64,000 nucleotides of DNA, taken from contig CACAYF010000009.1 of the NCBI GenBank assembly GCA_902536655.1, positions 3,122 to 67,121 on the forward strand, written 5' to 3'. The translations under genes were made by a program, and so were the position numbers. The stretch's first letter is position 1. The number at the start of each line of letters is the position of its first letter. Of the stretch, positions 20,708-30,301 are shown in pieces. The notes under the pieces are model-generated. The model did no database searches, was not told where the DNA came from, and was given only the letters and a program-made list of their open reading frames with translations. The DNA comes from an uncultured Alphaproteobacteria bacterium. GTDB lineage: Bacteria; Pseudomonadota; Alphaproteobacteria; Methylaequorales; Methylaequoraceae.

Positions 20708-21211
20708 ATGATATATGAAATAATCAACGTTATAGATAAAATTAAACCTTTTAAGAAAGTGTCAGCACATTGCGACATTCCTTGCAAGATTTATGATCCA
20801 ATAATATCTCAAATCGCAGTCTTGACAATGATAAGACTTGTTGATTTGATCGAAGAAGTTGAAAAAAAAGATTCTTTAACTCCTAAAGACCACGCACAAA
20901 TTTCAAGACTTATAGCTCAAAAAGAAGAACATGGGCATAAAGTTAAGGACGAAATAAGAGTGATATGGGGCGATTACATTAAGGAACCTCAACTTGAAAA
21001 ATTTCCTGAACTTCATACATTATCGCATTCAATAATGTTAGCAGCTTCAAAAGCCAAACAAAACATCGACAAAGCAGCAACGCTTGACCTATTGGAGAAA
21101 GTAAATAGATTTGCTGAAATTTTTTGGGCAACAAAAAACATTAAAACATTTAAGGCTATCAGTCCATATCCACCTGAACAAGAGTTGGTATATCCAGATT
21201 TAAGCAAATAA
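20708..21211 (+). CDS. sodN: Nickel-containing superoxide dismutase precursor
   Basis: After a 20-aa propeptide the sequence is HCDIPCKIYDP, the Ni-hook HCxxPCxxY. The rest is a four-helix-bundle-sized protein of 167 aa. Confidence 0.85.
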   Translation: MIYEIINVIDKIKPFKKVSAHCDIPCKIYDPIISQIAVLTMIRLVDLIEEVEKKDSLTPKDHAQISRLIAQKEEHGHKVKDEIRVIWGDYIKEPQLEKFPELHTLSHSIMLAASKAKQNIDKAATLDLLEKVNRFAEIFWATKNIKTFKAISPYPPEQELVYPDLSK

Positions 21212-21519
21212 TGTTCTTAAAATTTTTTATCTATAAAATTGAAGGAGATAGCATGTCGCCCTCTATAGAAAACAAATCCTTTGTATTAGCAAAATCTTTT
21301 AAAGAAAAAAAAATAAATAAATTTTTCGTCTTAAAACATCAAATTTATGGTAAATTAATAAAAAAGTTGGTTAAAATTGACTCATCAAACCACTTTTGGT
21401 TTGAGGGACAACATCAATCTAGTATTTCACAAAAACAAGTTGGACCTATTAAAGAAAGCGATGTAGAGGGTCAAATAATTGTTTCTGTTTCAAAGTCATC
21501 ATTAAAATTTCATTTATGA
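21211..21519 (+). CDS. sodX: NiSOD maturation protease SodX (signal-peptidase S26-like)
   Basis: It carries GDSMSP (the S26 catalytic-Ser motif), is small (102 aa), and its start shares a base with the sodN stop. Confidence 0.8.
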   Translation: MFLKFFIYKIEGDSMSPSIENKSFVLAKSFKEKKINKFFVLKHQIYGKLIKKLVKIDSSNHFWFEGQHQSSISQKQVGPIKESDVEGQIIVSVSKSSLKFHL

Positions 21520-22395
21520 TTTTTCTTCAACTTTTTTAAAACCAAAAAATAATATTAATGGAGAAGCAATAAATATAGATGAGTATGTACCAATTAAAAC
21601 TCCCCACATCATTGCAGAAACAAAACCTTTAACTACCTCTCCTCCAAATATAAATAATGCTAATAAAGCAAGAAGAGTAGTGATTGAAGTCATTAACGTT
21701 CTTGACAAAGTTTGATTGATAGATACGTTCAACAACTCTTTTAATTCCCTGTCGGTTTTAACTAAATTTTCCCTTATTCTGTCAAACACAACAACTGTAT
21801 CGTTTATTGAATAACCTGCAATAGTTAAAATAGCAGCAATCGAAGCCAGATTGAACTCTATTTGTGTTAAAGAAAAAAAACCCATAGTTGAAAGAACATC
21901 ATGAAACAGAGCAACTAGAGCACCAAGACCAAATTGCCATCCGGAAAACCTGAACCAAATATAAATGAACATTGCAATAAGAGAAAATAACACAGCTTTA
22001 ATTGCAATTGATTTTAGCTCTTTGCCAACTTTGGGTCCAACGAATTCTACCCTTCTGTAATCAGTGTCCTCATCTAACTCATTTTTTAACTTTTGAATAA
22101 TTTCCTCTTGGGTTATATTACCATCATCAATTTTTTCTAATCTGAATAGGATTGTATTTGAATCACCAAATTCTTGTATTTCGGAATTTCCAATTTGCAA
22201 GTTGTCGATTTTATCCCTTAATAATGCGAGATCAGGAACATCTGAAAATTTTGCTTCAATCATAATTCCTCCCTTAAAGTCAATCCCTAAATTCAAATTT
22301 TTGGTTAGAAATAAAAAAGCTGATAATCCGATTAAGAACGCGGATAGTGCAAAAGCAATAAATCTATATTTAAAAAAATTAATATTAAAATTCAT
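21514..22395 (-). CDS. secF: Protein translocase subunit SecF
   Basis: 293 aa and 6 TM. It lies directly downstream of secD with the typical SecF periplasmic-loop sequence. Confidence 0.9.
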   Translation of the reverse strand: MNFNINFFKYRFIAFALSAFLIGLSAFLFLTKNLNLGIDFKGGIMIEAKFSDVPDLALLRDKIDNLQIGNSEIQEFGDSNTILFRLEKIDDGNITQEEIIQKLKNELDEDTDYRRVEFVGPKVGKELKSIAIKAVLFSLIAMFIYIWFRFSGWQFGLGALVALFHDVLSTMGFFSLTQIEFNLASIAAILTIAGYSINDTVVVFDRIRENLVKTDRELKELLNVSINQTLSRTLMTSITTLLALLALFIFGGEVVKGFVSAMMWGVLIGTYSSIFIASPLILFFGFKKVEEKS

Positions 22396-22400
22396 AATCT

Positions 22401-23975
22401 CTAAATGTATAATTTATTCGGTTTTAACCTGAGAACCCAAAAGGTTACTATAAGTTTAGTTAAAATTAAAGCTGTAAACATTGAAGTTAATATTCCTATG
22501 CTTAACGTAACCGCAAAACCCTTAATGGGACCAGAACCATAATTATATAGTAAAAGCGCTGCAATAAGGGTTGTAAAGTTTGCATCCAAAATCGTTTTTA
22601 TTGCAAACTTATAACCTAAATCAATAGAGTTCAAAATTGATCTTCCAGACCTTATTTCTTCTTTAATTCTTTCAAACACCAGGACGTTAGCATCTACTGC
22701 CATTCCTACTGTTAAAACTATCCCAGCAATCCCAGGCATTGTTAAGGTTGCTTCAATGGCGCTCAACATTGAAATCAATAATATAATATTGAAAATTATA
22801 GCAAAATCCGCAACGATTCCGAATGCTTTATATCTTATAATCATGAATACTATTACTAAAATAAAACCAATTGCTAATGCTTTTTTTCCCGCCTCAATTG
22901 AATCAATTCCAAGGCTCGGGCCTACTGTTCTTTCTTCAAGAACTTTGATTGGAGCTGGTAGAGAGCCGGCTCTAAGGAGGACTGCTAAATCATTAGCAGT
23001 TTCAGGAGAAAAGTTACCACTTATATTTCCTTGGCCACCAGTAATAGGTTCTCTTATCTGAGGAGCACTTATTACTTTATTATCAAGAAGAATTGCTAAT
23101 CTTTGATAAGTATTATCAGTCGTAATTTTGGCGAATTTCTTTGCGCCCTTTTTATCAAATTCAAATGCAACAACATATCTTCCTGTTTGAGCATCAACAG
23201 TAGCTGCAGCATTTTTGAGTCTCTCCCCAGTAAGCAAAACTCTTTTTTTAACGACAAACTGTTTTTCGTAAGCTGTTGGGTCAGAATTCAAAGCCTTAAA
23301 GGTTCCAGGAGGAAGTTTTCCTCTTTGTTCAGCAAGTTCTACAGTAGTTGGATCTAGCATATGAAAATTCAATTTTGCAGTTCTTCCAATTAAAGCCTTC
23401 ACTCTTTCTGGATTCTTGATTCCTGGAAGCTGAACAACTATTCTTTCTTCCCCTTGTCTTTGAATAGAGGGCTCTTTTGTTCCTGATTCATCCACTCTTT
23501 TCCTTACAACTTCTATTGACTGTTCGACTGTATTAGCCCTAGTTTCAATAATATATTGATCTGAAAAAAATAAGTTTAATTTATTCTTAGACTCTTCAAT
23601 TGTGATGCCCTTTTCAATATTTTCTCTAATATTATTTTTTGCTGCTGTTATTTTTTCTGGATCACTAATCGTTACAACTGCACCTGTTATTTTAGAACCT
23701 AGATTAGAGTATTTAATTTTTGATTTTCTCAAAGACTTTCTTATATCATCAACTAAATCTTCAGACTTTTCTTTTAAAACTGATGTCGTATCAACTTCAA
23801 GTAAAAGGTGTGATCCACCCTGAAGGTCAAGTCCTAGATTAACTTGCTTTTGTGATAGAAACTTAGGGAGTGCTGTTACTTCACTTTTTCCGTAAATATT
23901 TGGAATAATGTAATAGATTGCTGTTACGCAAACTGCCAAAACAAAGAAAACATTCCATTTATTAATTTTTAGCAT
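22401..23975 (-). CDS. secD: Protein translocase subunit SecD
   Basis: 524 aa with a large periplasmic domain and a C-terminal 6-TM SSD-like bundle. It sits in the yajC-secD-secF order. Confidence 0.9.
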   Translation of the reverse strand: MLKINKWNVFFVLAVCVTAIYYIIPNIYGKSEVTALPKFLSQKQVNLGLDLQGGSHLLLEVDTTSVLKEKSEDLVDDIRKSLRKSKIKYSNLGSKITGAVVTISDPEKITAAKNNIRENIEKGITIEESKNKLNLFFSDQYIIETRANTVEQSIEVVRKRVDESGTKEPSIQRQGEERIVVQLPGIKNPERVKALIGRTAKLNFHMLDPTTVELAEQRGKLPPGTFKALNSDPTAYEKQFVVKKRVLLTGERLKNAAATVDAQTGRYVVAFEFDKKGAKKFAKITTDNTYQRLAILLDNKVISAPQIREPITGGQGNISGNFSPETANDLAVLLRAGSLPAPIKVLEERTVGPSLGIDSIEAGKKALAIGFILVIVFMIIRYKAFGIVADFAIIFNIILLISMLSAIEATLTMPGIAGIVLTVGMAVDANVLVFERIKEEIRSGRSILNSIDLGYKFAIKTILDANFTTLIAALLLYNYGSGPIKGFAVTLSIGILTSMFTALILTKLIVTFWVLRLKPNKLYI

Positions 23976-23982
23976 TTTATTT

Positions 23983-24282
23983 TTACTTTTTTATTACATC
24001 TGCAACAGTTGATCGAATTATGATAACATTAACGCCTTTTGCTATTTCAACTGTAAGTTTATCATTATCAACTTTGATAACTTTTCCTAAAATTCCTCCA
24101 CTCGACAAAATTTCATCACCTCTTTGTATTGAGTCTAAAAGAACTTTGTGCTCTTTTTGCTTTTTTTGTTGTGGTCTAATTAGAAGAAAATAAAAAATTA
24201 AGAAAATTAAAATTAATGGTATGAATGATGCTAGCATTGATGGCTGTTGGGCAGCAGCTTGGGCATAAGCATAATTAATCAT
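23983..24282 (-). CDS. yajC: Preprotein translocase auxiliary subunit YajC
   Basis: 99 aa with ...PLILIFLIFYFLLIRPQQKKQKEHKVLLDSIQRGDEILSSGGILGKV..., matching the YajC consensus. Confidence 0.9.
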   Translation of the reverse strand: MINYAYAQAAAQQPSMLASFIPLILIFLIFYFLLIRPQQKKQKEHKVLLDSIQRGDEILSSGGILGKVIKVDNDKLTVEIAKGVNVIIIRSTVADVIKK

Positions 24283-24366
24283 GATATTCCTTTAAATAAT
24301 TGTTTACATTAAATACAATGAAATCAATATAGAAAATCTTTATAAATACAAGTATAAAATAAGAAT

Positions 24367-25155
24367 TTGAATAAATATATAAAAGAATTTATGAGTGTCA
24401 TCACAAGTAACAAACAACTTAAAGAAAATAATTTTTTTATTTTTATTCCAATGAGTAATAAGTTGGAGCCTATTAAAGTTAATCTAAATGTAAAGCTAGA
24501 AGATCTTTTAGAAATTAATCACCAAAAAGAAATTGTTCTTAAAAATACGAAAAATTTTTTGGAAGAAAAATCTTCAAATAATATTCTACTTTGGGGAGCA
24601 AAAGGAATGGGTAAATCTTCTCTAGTAAAATGTGTAGTAGATTATTACAACAAAGAACTTAAAAAAGATTTAAAAATGGTTGAGGTGTTAAACATTAATA
24701 TAGAAAATCTAACAGAAATAGTATTCCAGTTAAGTAAATATAAACATAAATTTATCATTTTTATTGATGATATTTCGTTTAAAGATAATGATGACAACTT
24801 CAGTTTATTTAAAACTCTCGTTGAAGGAAGTCTTATGAGTCATATAGAAAACGTTAGGTATTATATAACTTCAAATTTAAGACATCTTTCACATCGAAGT
24901 TCAGACAGTTCAAATAATGACATTGAAAATAAAGAAACCAGCCAAAATTTAATATCCTTATCTGATCGTTTTGGATGTTGGGTGGGGTTTTATGATTCTA
25001 ATCAAGAGCAGTATATTAATATGATAAAATATTATTTAAAAAAGAATTCTATAAGATTTTCAAAGGACTTAGAAAAAAAGGCTTTAAATTGGTCAATTCA
25101 AAAAGGAAATTTTTCTGGAAGAACTGCTCAACAATTTGTGAATAATATAAAATAA
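24367..25155 (+). CDS. DUF815 / COG2607 AAA+-like ATPase
   Basis: It has the Walker A motif LLWGAKGMGKSSLVK and the Walker B motif FIIFIDDIS. It is commonly found next to yajC-secDF in alphaproteobacteria. Confidence 0.65.
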   Translation: MNKYIKEFMSVITSNKQLKENNFFIFIPMSNKLEPIKVNLNVKLEDLLEINHQKEIVLKNTKNFLEEKSSNNILLWGAKGMGKSSLVKCVVDYYNKELKKDLKMVEVLNINIENLTEIVFQLSKYKHKFIIFIDDISFKDNDDNFSLFKTLVEGSLMSHIENVRYYITSNLRHLSHRSSDSSNNDIENKETSQNLISLSDRFGCWVGFYDSNQEQYINMIKYYLKKNSIRFSKDLEKKALNWSIQKGNFSGRTAQQFVNNIK

Positions 25156-25169
25156 CAGATTAATTTTAA

Positions 25170-26048
25170 TTAAAGTAATTTTAGTGGATTAACAGATTCC
25201 TTACCTTTACGAATTTCAAAATGGAGTTGTGGTGATCTCACATTGCCTGTATTACCAACTGAACCAATCGTCTCACCTCTAATAACTTTTTTACCCTTTT
25301 CAGTAAAAACTTCGCTAAGGTGTGCATATGCAGTTATCCAATTTTTTGAATGTTTAATCAAAATTAAATTACCATAACCTGGGATTTCATTACCACAGTA
25401 AATTACCTTTCCAGCTTTCGAAGATATCACTTTTGTTCCTTTTTTTGAGTCAATGTTTATCCCATCATTATAAAAGCCCTCCTTTGATTTACCATATTTT
25501 GAAAGAAGCTTACCTTTAACTGGCCAGATAAATTTTGAACTTTGTGTATCTCTGAGAGTCTCATTTTTATTTTTGTCTATTTGTTTTGTTTTAAAATTAC
25601 TGTCCCATTTTTTCTTTTTATTTTTTTTTATCTTTTCTCTTTTTTTTGGAATTATTAATTCTTTGCCAACTTTTATAGTGTTTACATTTTTAATATTGTT
25701 ATATTTTGCAAGGGTAAATACTGTTGTCTCATAATACCTTGATATGGAATAAAGTGTTTCGCCTTTAATAACTTTATGCTTTTGATTAAGAGGAATGAAA
25801 ATAGACTGATTAGGAAAGATTTTATATGGTTCTTGTATTTTATTAACTTTAATAAGCTCTTGAATTGAAGTATTGAACCTCCGCGATATTGAAAAAAGGT
25901 TATCACCTTTCCTAACTTTGTATATATTATTCTTGAGAGTATCATTTCTATTAATTCTTTGTTTATAATCAATGATTTTGTAGTCATCATATAGGTAACT
26001 CTCGCAGCTAATTACAAAAAAAATGAAAAATACATATAAACTCTTCAT
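25170..26048 (-). CDS. LysM-domain M23 peptidase (NlpD-like)
   Basis: It has two LysM-like modules (YKVRKGDNLFSISRRF..., KVIKGETLYSISRYYE...) and a C-terminal M23 core ...GINIDSKKGTKV.S..GKV.Y......GYGNLILIKHS...TAYAHL.......G..I.....G..GNTGNV...QLHFEIR. Confidence 0.85.
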   Translation of the reverse strand: MKSLYVFFIFFVISCESYLYDDYKIIDYKQRINRNDTLKNNIYKVRKGDNLFSISRRFNTSIQELIKVNKIQEPYKIFPNQSIFIPLNQKHKVIKGETLYSISRYYETTVFTLAKYNNIKNVNTIKVGKELIIPKKREKIKKNKKKKWDSNFKTKQIDKNKNETLRDTQSSKFIWPVKGKLLSKYGKSKEGFYNDGINIDSKKGTKVISSKAGKVIYCGNEIPGYGNLILIKHSKNWITAYAHLSEVFTEKGKKVIRGETIGSVGNTGNVRSPQLHFEIRKGKESVNPLKLL

Positions 26049-26692
26049 TTATTCTCCTTTCCTTCTAATAGTGGTACAAATCTCACTGAACCTAAATCAG
26101 TAATTGAGAGTGTTTCACTATTTTTTGAAATTTTCTTAAGAACTTGATCATTATGCTGGTCTCCGATAGGGACGATCATTTTTCCATTGATTGATAATTG
26201 CTCAACTAACTTACGCGGAATTTCAGGAGCACTGGCAGTAACTATTATTCTGTCAAATGGTGCTTGATCTTTCCATCCAAGCCCACCATCATCATGTTTG
26301 CAAAAAATATTTGTAACCATAAGTTTTTTAAAAAGATTATACGCATTTATGTATAAAAATTTGTGTCTTTCTATAGTATAAACAAATCTTGCTAATTTCG
26401 AGAGAATAAAAGTTTGGTAACCACTACCAGTGCCAATCTCCAGTACTCTCATGTTTTTTTTTAAGTCTAAAAATTGAGTCATCAACGCAACAACTAAAGG
26501 TTGTGATATGGTTTGTCCACAATCTATAGGAAGAGCTATATTATCATAAGCTTTTTTTCGCAGACTTTCCTCTACAAATATCTGTCTATCAACTTCCTCC
26601 ATAACCTTAAGGATATCAGGCTTTTCAATTCCGTAGTTTTGAAGTTCTAAAATTAAATTAATTTTTTTTTTAATTTCAGATTTTTTTACCAT
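26045..26692 (-). CDS. pcm: Protein-L-isoaspartate O-methyltransferase
   Basis: It carries the SAM-binding motif VLEIGTGSGYQT and conserved PCMT blocks. It sits in the serS-pcm-nlpD arrangement. Confidence 0.85.
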   Translation of the reverse strand: MVKKSEIKKKINLILELQNYGIEKPDILKVMEEVDRQIFVEESLRKKAYDNIALPIDCGQTISQPLVVALMTQFLDLKKNMRVLEIGTGSGYQTFILSKLARFVYTIERHKFLYINAYNLFKKLMVTNIFCKHDDGGLGWKDQAPFDRIIVTASAPEIPRKLVEQLSINGKMIVPIGDQHNDQVLKKISKNSETLSITDLGSVRFVPLLEGKENK

Positions 26693-27953
26693 TTGAAATA
26701 ATACTTAAACCATTTGTATAGTCTTTCAAAATTGGTGGAATTTTTATTGTTCCATCCTCATTCTGATAATTTTCAAGAATAGATATTAATAGTCTTCCAA
26801 TTGCTAAAGATGAACCATTGAGGGTGTGTGGATAATAAATTTCTCCATTTTCATAATTTTTAATACGCATTTTCATTCTTCTTGATTGAAAATCTGTACA
26901 ATTCGAACAACTTGATACTTCTCTGTATTTATTTTGACCCGGCATCCAGATTTCAATATCAAGTGTGTAAGAGGATGAAAAGCCTATGTCACCAGAACAG
27001 AGCTCGACGATTCTGTAAGGTATAGATAATTTTTTTAATATATTTTCAACACAACTTATCATGTTATTTAATTCTGCTTCTGATTTATCGGGCTCAGAAA
27101 TTGTTACTAACTCTACCTTACCAAACTGATGTTCTCTCATTAATCCCTTAGTGTCTGAACCTGATGCTCCGGCTTCTGCTCTGAAGCAATTTGTAAATGT
27201 TGTATATTTTAAAGGCATATCTTTTTTATTAATAATTGAGTCTCGGTTAAGGTTTGTTAAGGGGACTTCCGAAGTAGGAATTAGATAGAGATTATTAAAA
27301 TTTGTTTTAAATAAATCTTCTTCGAATTTAGGAAGTTGACCTGTTCCCTCAAGAGCTTCACTTTTTACAAGTTCTGGAACAACATATTCCTCGAAACCAA
27401 ATTCTAATGAATTGTTATCAAGTAAAAAATTAATTAGCCCTCTATGAAGCTTAGCCAAATCACTTTTTAAGATTGAAAAGCGACTTCCTGAAATCTTTAT
27501 CGCTTTTTTATAATCTAATAGACCAAGGTTCTCAGCTAACTCTAAATGATTCTTCGGTTTAAAGTTAAAGTTTTTAATTTCGCCGTGTTCCTTTATAATT
27601 TTGTTATCTTTTTCAGACTCTCCATTAGGAACATTTTTTGAGAGAATATTGGGTAGAAACAACATTAATTCATTCAACTCTTTTAATTTTAATGTTGCTA
27701 AATCGTTTAAATTATCAATTTTTGTTTTTAATTCATGAACTAGTTTTTTTATGTTGTCAACATTGTCCTTTTTATTTGCAAAGGATTTGGATAATGAGTT
27801 TTTTTCTTCTAATAATTTTTGTTTTAAGTTCAGATGTTCTAGGTATTCATTATGAATTTTAACTATTTTAGAGCTGCAAGGTGGCAGATTTCTTTTTTTT
27901 AAGGAATCATCAAAAACTAAAGGGTTTTTTTTAATAAACTTTATATCGTGCAA
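26676..27953 (-). CDS. serS: Seryl-tRNA synthetase
   Basis: 425 aa with an N-terminal coiled-coil arm and class II motifs (FRAEAGASGSDTKGLMREHQF..., GSSLAIGRLL). Confidence 0.92.
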   Translation of the reverse strand: MHDIKFIKKNPLVFDDSLKKRNLPPCSSKIVKIHNEYLEHLNLKQKLLEEKNSLSKSFANKKDNVDNIKKLVHELKTKIDNLNDLATLKLKELNELMLFLPNILSKNVPNGESEKDNKIIKEHGEIKNFNFKPKNHLELAENLGLLDYKKAIKISGSRFSILKSDLAKLHRGLINFLLDNNSLEFGFEEYVVPELVKSEALEGTGQLPKFEEDLFKTNFNNLYLIPTSEVPLTNLNRDSIINKKDMPLKYTTFTNCFRAEAGASGSDTKGLMREHQFGKVELVTISEPDKSEAELNNMISCVENILKKLSIPYRIVELCSGDIGFSSSYTLDIEIWMPGQNKYREVSSCSNCTDFQSRRMKMRIKNYENGEIYYPHTLNGSSLAIGRLLISILENYQNEDGTIKIPPILKDYTNGLSIISNGKKI

Positions 27954-27957
27954 AATT

Positions 27958-28680
27958 TTACTTTCTCATAAAAAAAAAAATAAAAGCTATTGAAACTTCA
28001 TAAAAGATTATAAGGGGAATAGCAATGCCTAACTGTGAAATAATATCAGGAGGGGTGAATAATGCTGAAAAAATTAAAATTCCTAAGAAAAAGTATTTTC
28101 TATTTTTTCTCAGAAATTTGACATCCACTATACCAAATTTCGTTAAAATTATTAAAAGAATTGGAAATTCAAACGACATTCCAGATGCAAATAATAAAAA
28201 CATTGTTAATTTCATATATTCTGAATACCTAGATTCGAGTTCTAAATTAAGACCTGAGGAAAAAAAATTTTCAAAAGATATAAAAAAAGACCAAATAAAA
28301 GGTATCAAAACAAAGTATGCAAAAGTTATCCCGAAGAAAAATAAGATTGGAATCAAAAAAAAAATCGGCATAAAAATTTTTTTTTCTCTCTTATACATTG
28401 CTGGCGATAAAAAAAGTACCATTTGAACAATCAAAAAAGGTATTGAAAGAATAAAGGATGCAAATAACGATATTTTCAAGTTAGATACAAAAACTTCAGG
28501 TAATCCTGTAAAAATCATTCTTTTGTCATCAACGTCAACTAGTAACTTGAATAAAGGTTTAGATAGAATTTCACCTAAAAAAGAAGCATTATAAAAAAAA
28601 AATATAAAGCTAATGATTAGAAATAAAAAACTTGTAAGTAGTCTATTTCTTAGTTCTTTTAGATGATCCAGATACTTCAT
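27958..28680 (-). CDS. tatC: Twin-arginine translocase subunit TatC
   Basis: It starts MKYLDHLKELRNRL, has 6 TM segments and is 240 aa. Confidence 0.9.
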   Translation of the reverse strand: MKYLDHLKELRNRLLTSFLFLIISFIFFFYNASFLGEILSKPLFKLLVDVDDKRMIFTGLPEVFVSNLKISLFASFILSIPFLIVQMVLFLSPAMYKREKKIFMPIFFLIPILFFFGITFAYFVLIPFIWSFFISFENFFSSGLNLELESRYSEYMKLTMFLLFASGMSFEFPILLIILTKFGIVDVKFLRKNRKYFFLGILIFSALFTPPDIISQLGIAIPLIIFYEVSIAFIFFFMRK

Positions 28681-28885
28681 TTTTTATTCTTTTTTTTTTT
28701 ACGTTTTCTTCTGAAAATTCACTATTGATTTCATCTATCTCATACTTAATATTATAAAAATATCTGCTTAATTTTCTGTAAAATAAACCAAGATTTTTAA
28801 ATATAGTTGGAATATCTTCAGGCTTAACGAGTAGAATAAAAAAGAAAAAAATAATTAAAAATTCAATTAAACCTACGTTAAGCAT
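28643..28885 (-). CDS. tatB: Twin-arginine translocase subunit TatB
   Basis: MLNVGLIEFLIIFFFFILLVKPEDIPTIFKNLGLFYRKL is a TatA/B-type TM plus amphipathic helix. It is the second such gene, just upstream of tatC. Confidence 0.75.
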   Translation of the reverse strand: MLNVGLIEFLIIFFFFILLVKPEDIPTIFKNLGLFYRKLSRYFYNIKYEIDEINSEFSEENVKKKRIKNEVSGSSKRTKK

Positions 28886-28894
28886 ACAATCATT

Positions 28895-29047
28895 TTATTT
28901 TTCTTTCTTATCATCTTTTAAACCTTGCCTGAATGACTTAATTCCTTTAGCAATCTCTCCTGCAACTTTTGGTAACTTACCTGCTCCAAAGAATATTAAA
29001 ACTATAACAAGTATTAGAATAATTTCCCAATGACCTAGTCCAAACAT
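28895..29047 (-). CDS. tatA: Twin-arginine translocase subunit TatA (50 aa). It is missing from the ORF track because it falls below the size cutoff.
   Basis: I translated it by hand as MFGLGHWEIILILVIVLIFFGAGKLPKVAGEIAKGIKSFRQGLKDDKKEK*. This is the canonical TatA. It is followed by tatB and tatC. Confidence 0.85.
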   Translation of the reverse strand: MFGLGHWEIILILVIVLIFFGAGKLPKVAGEIAKGIKSFRQGLKDDKKEK

Positions 29048-29072
29048 AAACTCTCCCTTTTTTAAAAATATA

Positions 29073-29594
29073 CTACAAGATTACTGATTCTAATTCATCA
29101 ATTTTTGGCAAATCTTTAATAGATTTCAAACCAAAGTGTCTTAAGAATTCAAAATCGGTTACCCATGTTACAGGTCGCCCAGGCGTTTCTCTCCTCCCGG
29201 AAGGTTTTATCCATTTTAACTCTAATAAAGTATCTAATGTCCCTCTAAAAACTGGTTTTCCTCTTATTTTTTCTATTTCAGCTCTTGTAACTGGTTGATG
29301 ATAAGAAATTATAGCTAAGGTTTCCATTGCTGCAGCAGACAAATTTCTTGTTTTTTTTGTCTCAATTCTCATAAATTCATTAAGGGTATCAGATGTTTTA
29401 AAAAAAAATCTTTTGTCGAGTTCAACTAACTCAACACCTCTATCTTTGTAGTCGTGTTTTAGCTCGTTAAGAAGGTGATCTAAATTAAATTCACCATAGT
29501 AAGAAAGCATTTTTTTCATACTTTCCTTCGTTAAGGGCTCATCTGCAGAAAAAATTAAAGATTCAATGAAGTTTTTTGCAATCTTATTATTCAT
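29073..29594 (-). CDS. scpB: Segregation and condensation protein B
   Basis: 173 aa with a winged-helix pair (ESLIFSADEPLT..., ..LAIISYHQPVTRAEIEKIRG...). It is directly downstream of scpA. Confidence 0.85.
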   Translation of the reverse strand: MNNKIAKNFIESLIFSADEPLTKESMKKMLSYYGEFNLDHLLNELKHDYKDRGVELVELDKRFFFKTSDTLNEFMRIETKKTRNLSAAAMETLAIISYHQPVTRAEIEKIRGKPVFRGTLDTLLELKWIKPSGRRETPGRPVTWVTDFEFLRHFGLKSIKDLPKIDELESVIL

Positions 29595-30301
29595 TATTTC
29601 AATTTAACCATGATTTCTTCAAAATGATCCTTTTGATTAATTAATATTATACCTTGATTAACATTGTCAAGGGATGCTAGTAGTAGAGATAGTATTGCTG
29701 ATTTCTTCATTTTTGAACTATTTATTTCTACTGGTAGGAGTCTAAAAAGATTTAGCCAATTCTTTTCTTTTAATTTTAAAATACTTTTGAGCCACCTTTC
29801 ACCATCCTCAAGGCTATATAGATCATTTTCTTCTGCTATAAGTTTAATCGATTTCTTTTTGTTAAAAATGTCAGAATATTTTAAAATTAAGTCTTGAAGA
29901 GAAATTTTGGGTACTACTTTATTACTTATAATAAATTCATTCTTAATTGAAATATTAAAGAAATCGTTTCCTTCTTTTGGAAGCTTAAATATTTCGTTAG
30001 ATAATTTTTTTATAGCATTGTAATGAATGATTCTTTGTGTTAAATCCTCTTGAATTTCCTGAACCTCTTCTTTTTCTTCTGGAATAAGTAACTTGGATTT
30101 CAAGTAAGCCAACAACGAAGCCATAACTAAATAGTCGGCGGTCAATTTTAAATTCTCAATATTTTCTTCTACAAAATTCAAGTATTGATTAGCCAATTCT
30201 AAAATTGAAATTTTTTTTATATCGACTTTTTGTTTTTTTGATAAGTCAAGTAATAAATCTAAAGGCCCTTCATATCCGCTTATGTTAAGATTTAGGTGCA
30301 T
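29594..30301 (-). CDS. scpA: Segregation and condensation protein A
   Basis: 235 aa with the ScpA N-terminus (...FEGPLDLLLDLSKKQKVDIKKISILELANQYL...). Confidence 0.85.
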   Translation of the reverse strand: MHLNLNISGYEGPLDLLLDLSKKQKVDIKKISILELANQYLNFVEENIENLKLTADYLVMASLLAYLKSKLLIPEEKEEVQEIQEDLTQRIIHYNAIKKLSNEIFKLPKEGNDFFNISIKNEFIISNKVVPKISLQDLILKYSDIFNKKKSIKLIAEENDLYSLEDGERWLKSILKLKEKNWLNLFRLLPVEINSSKMKKSAILSLLLASLDNVNQGIILINQKDHFEEIMVKLK

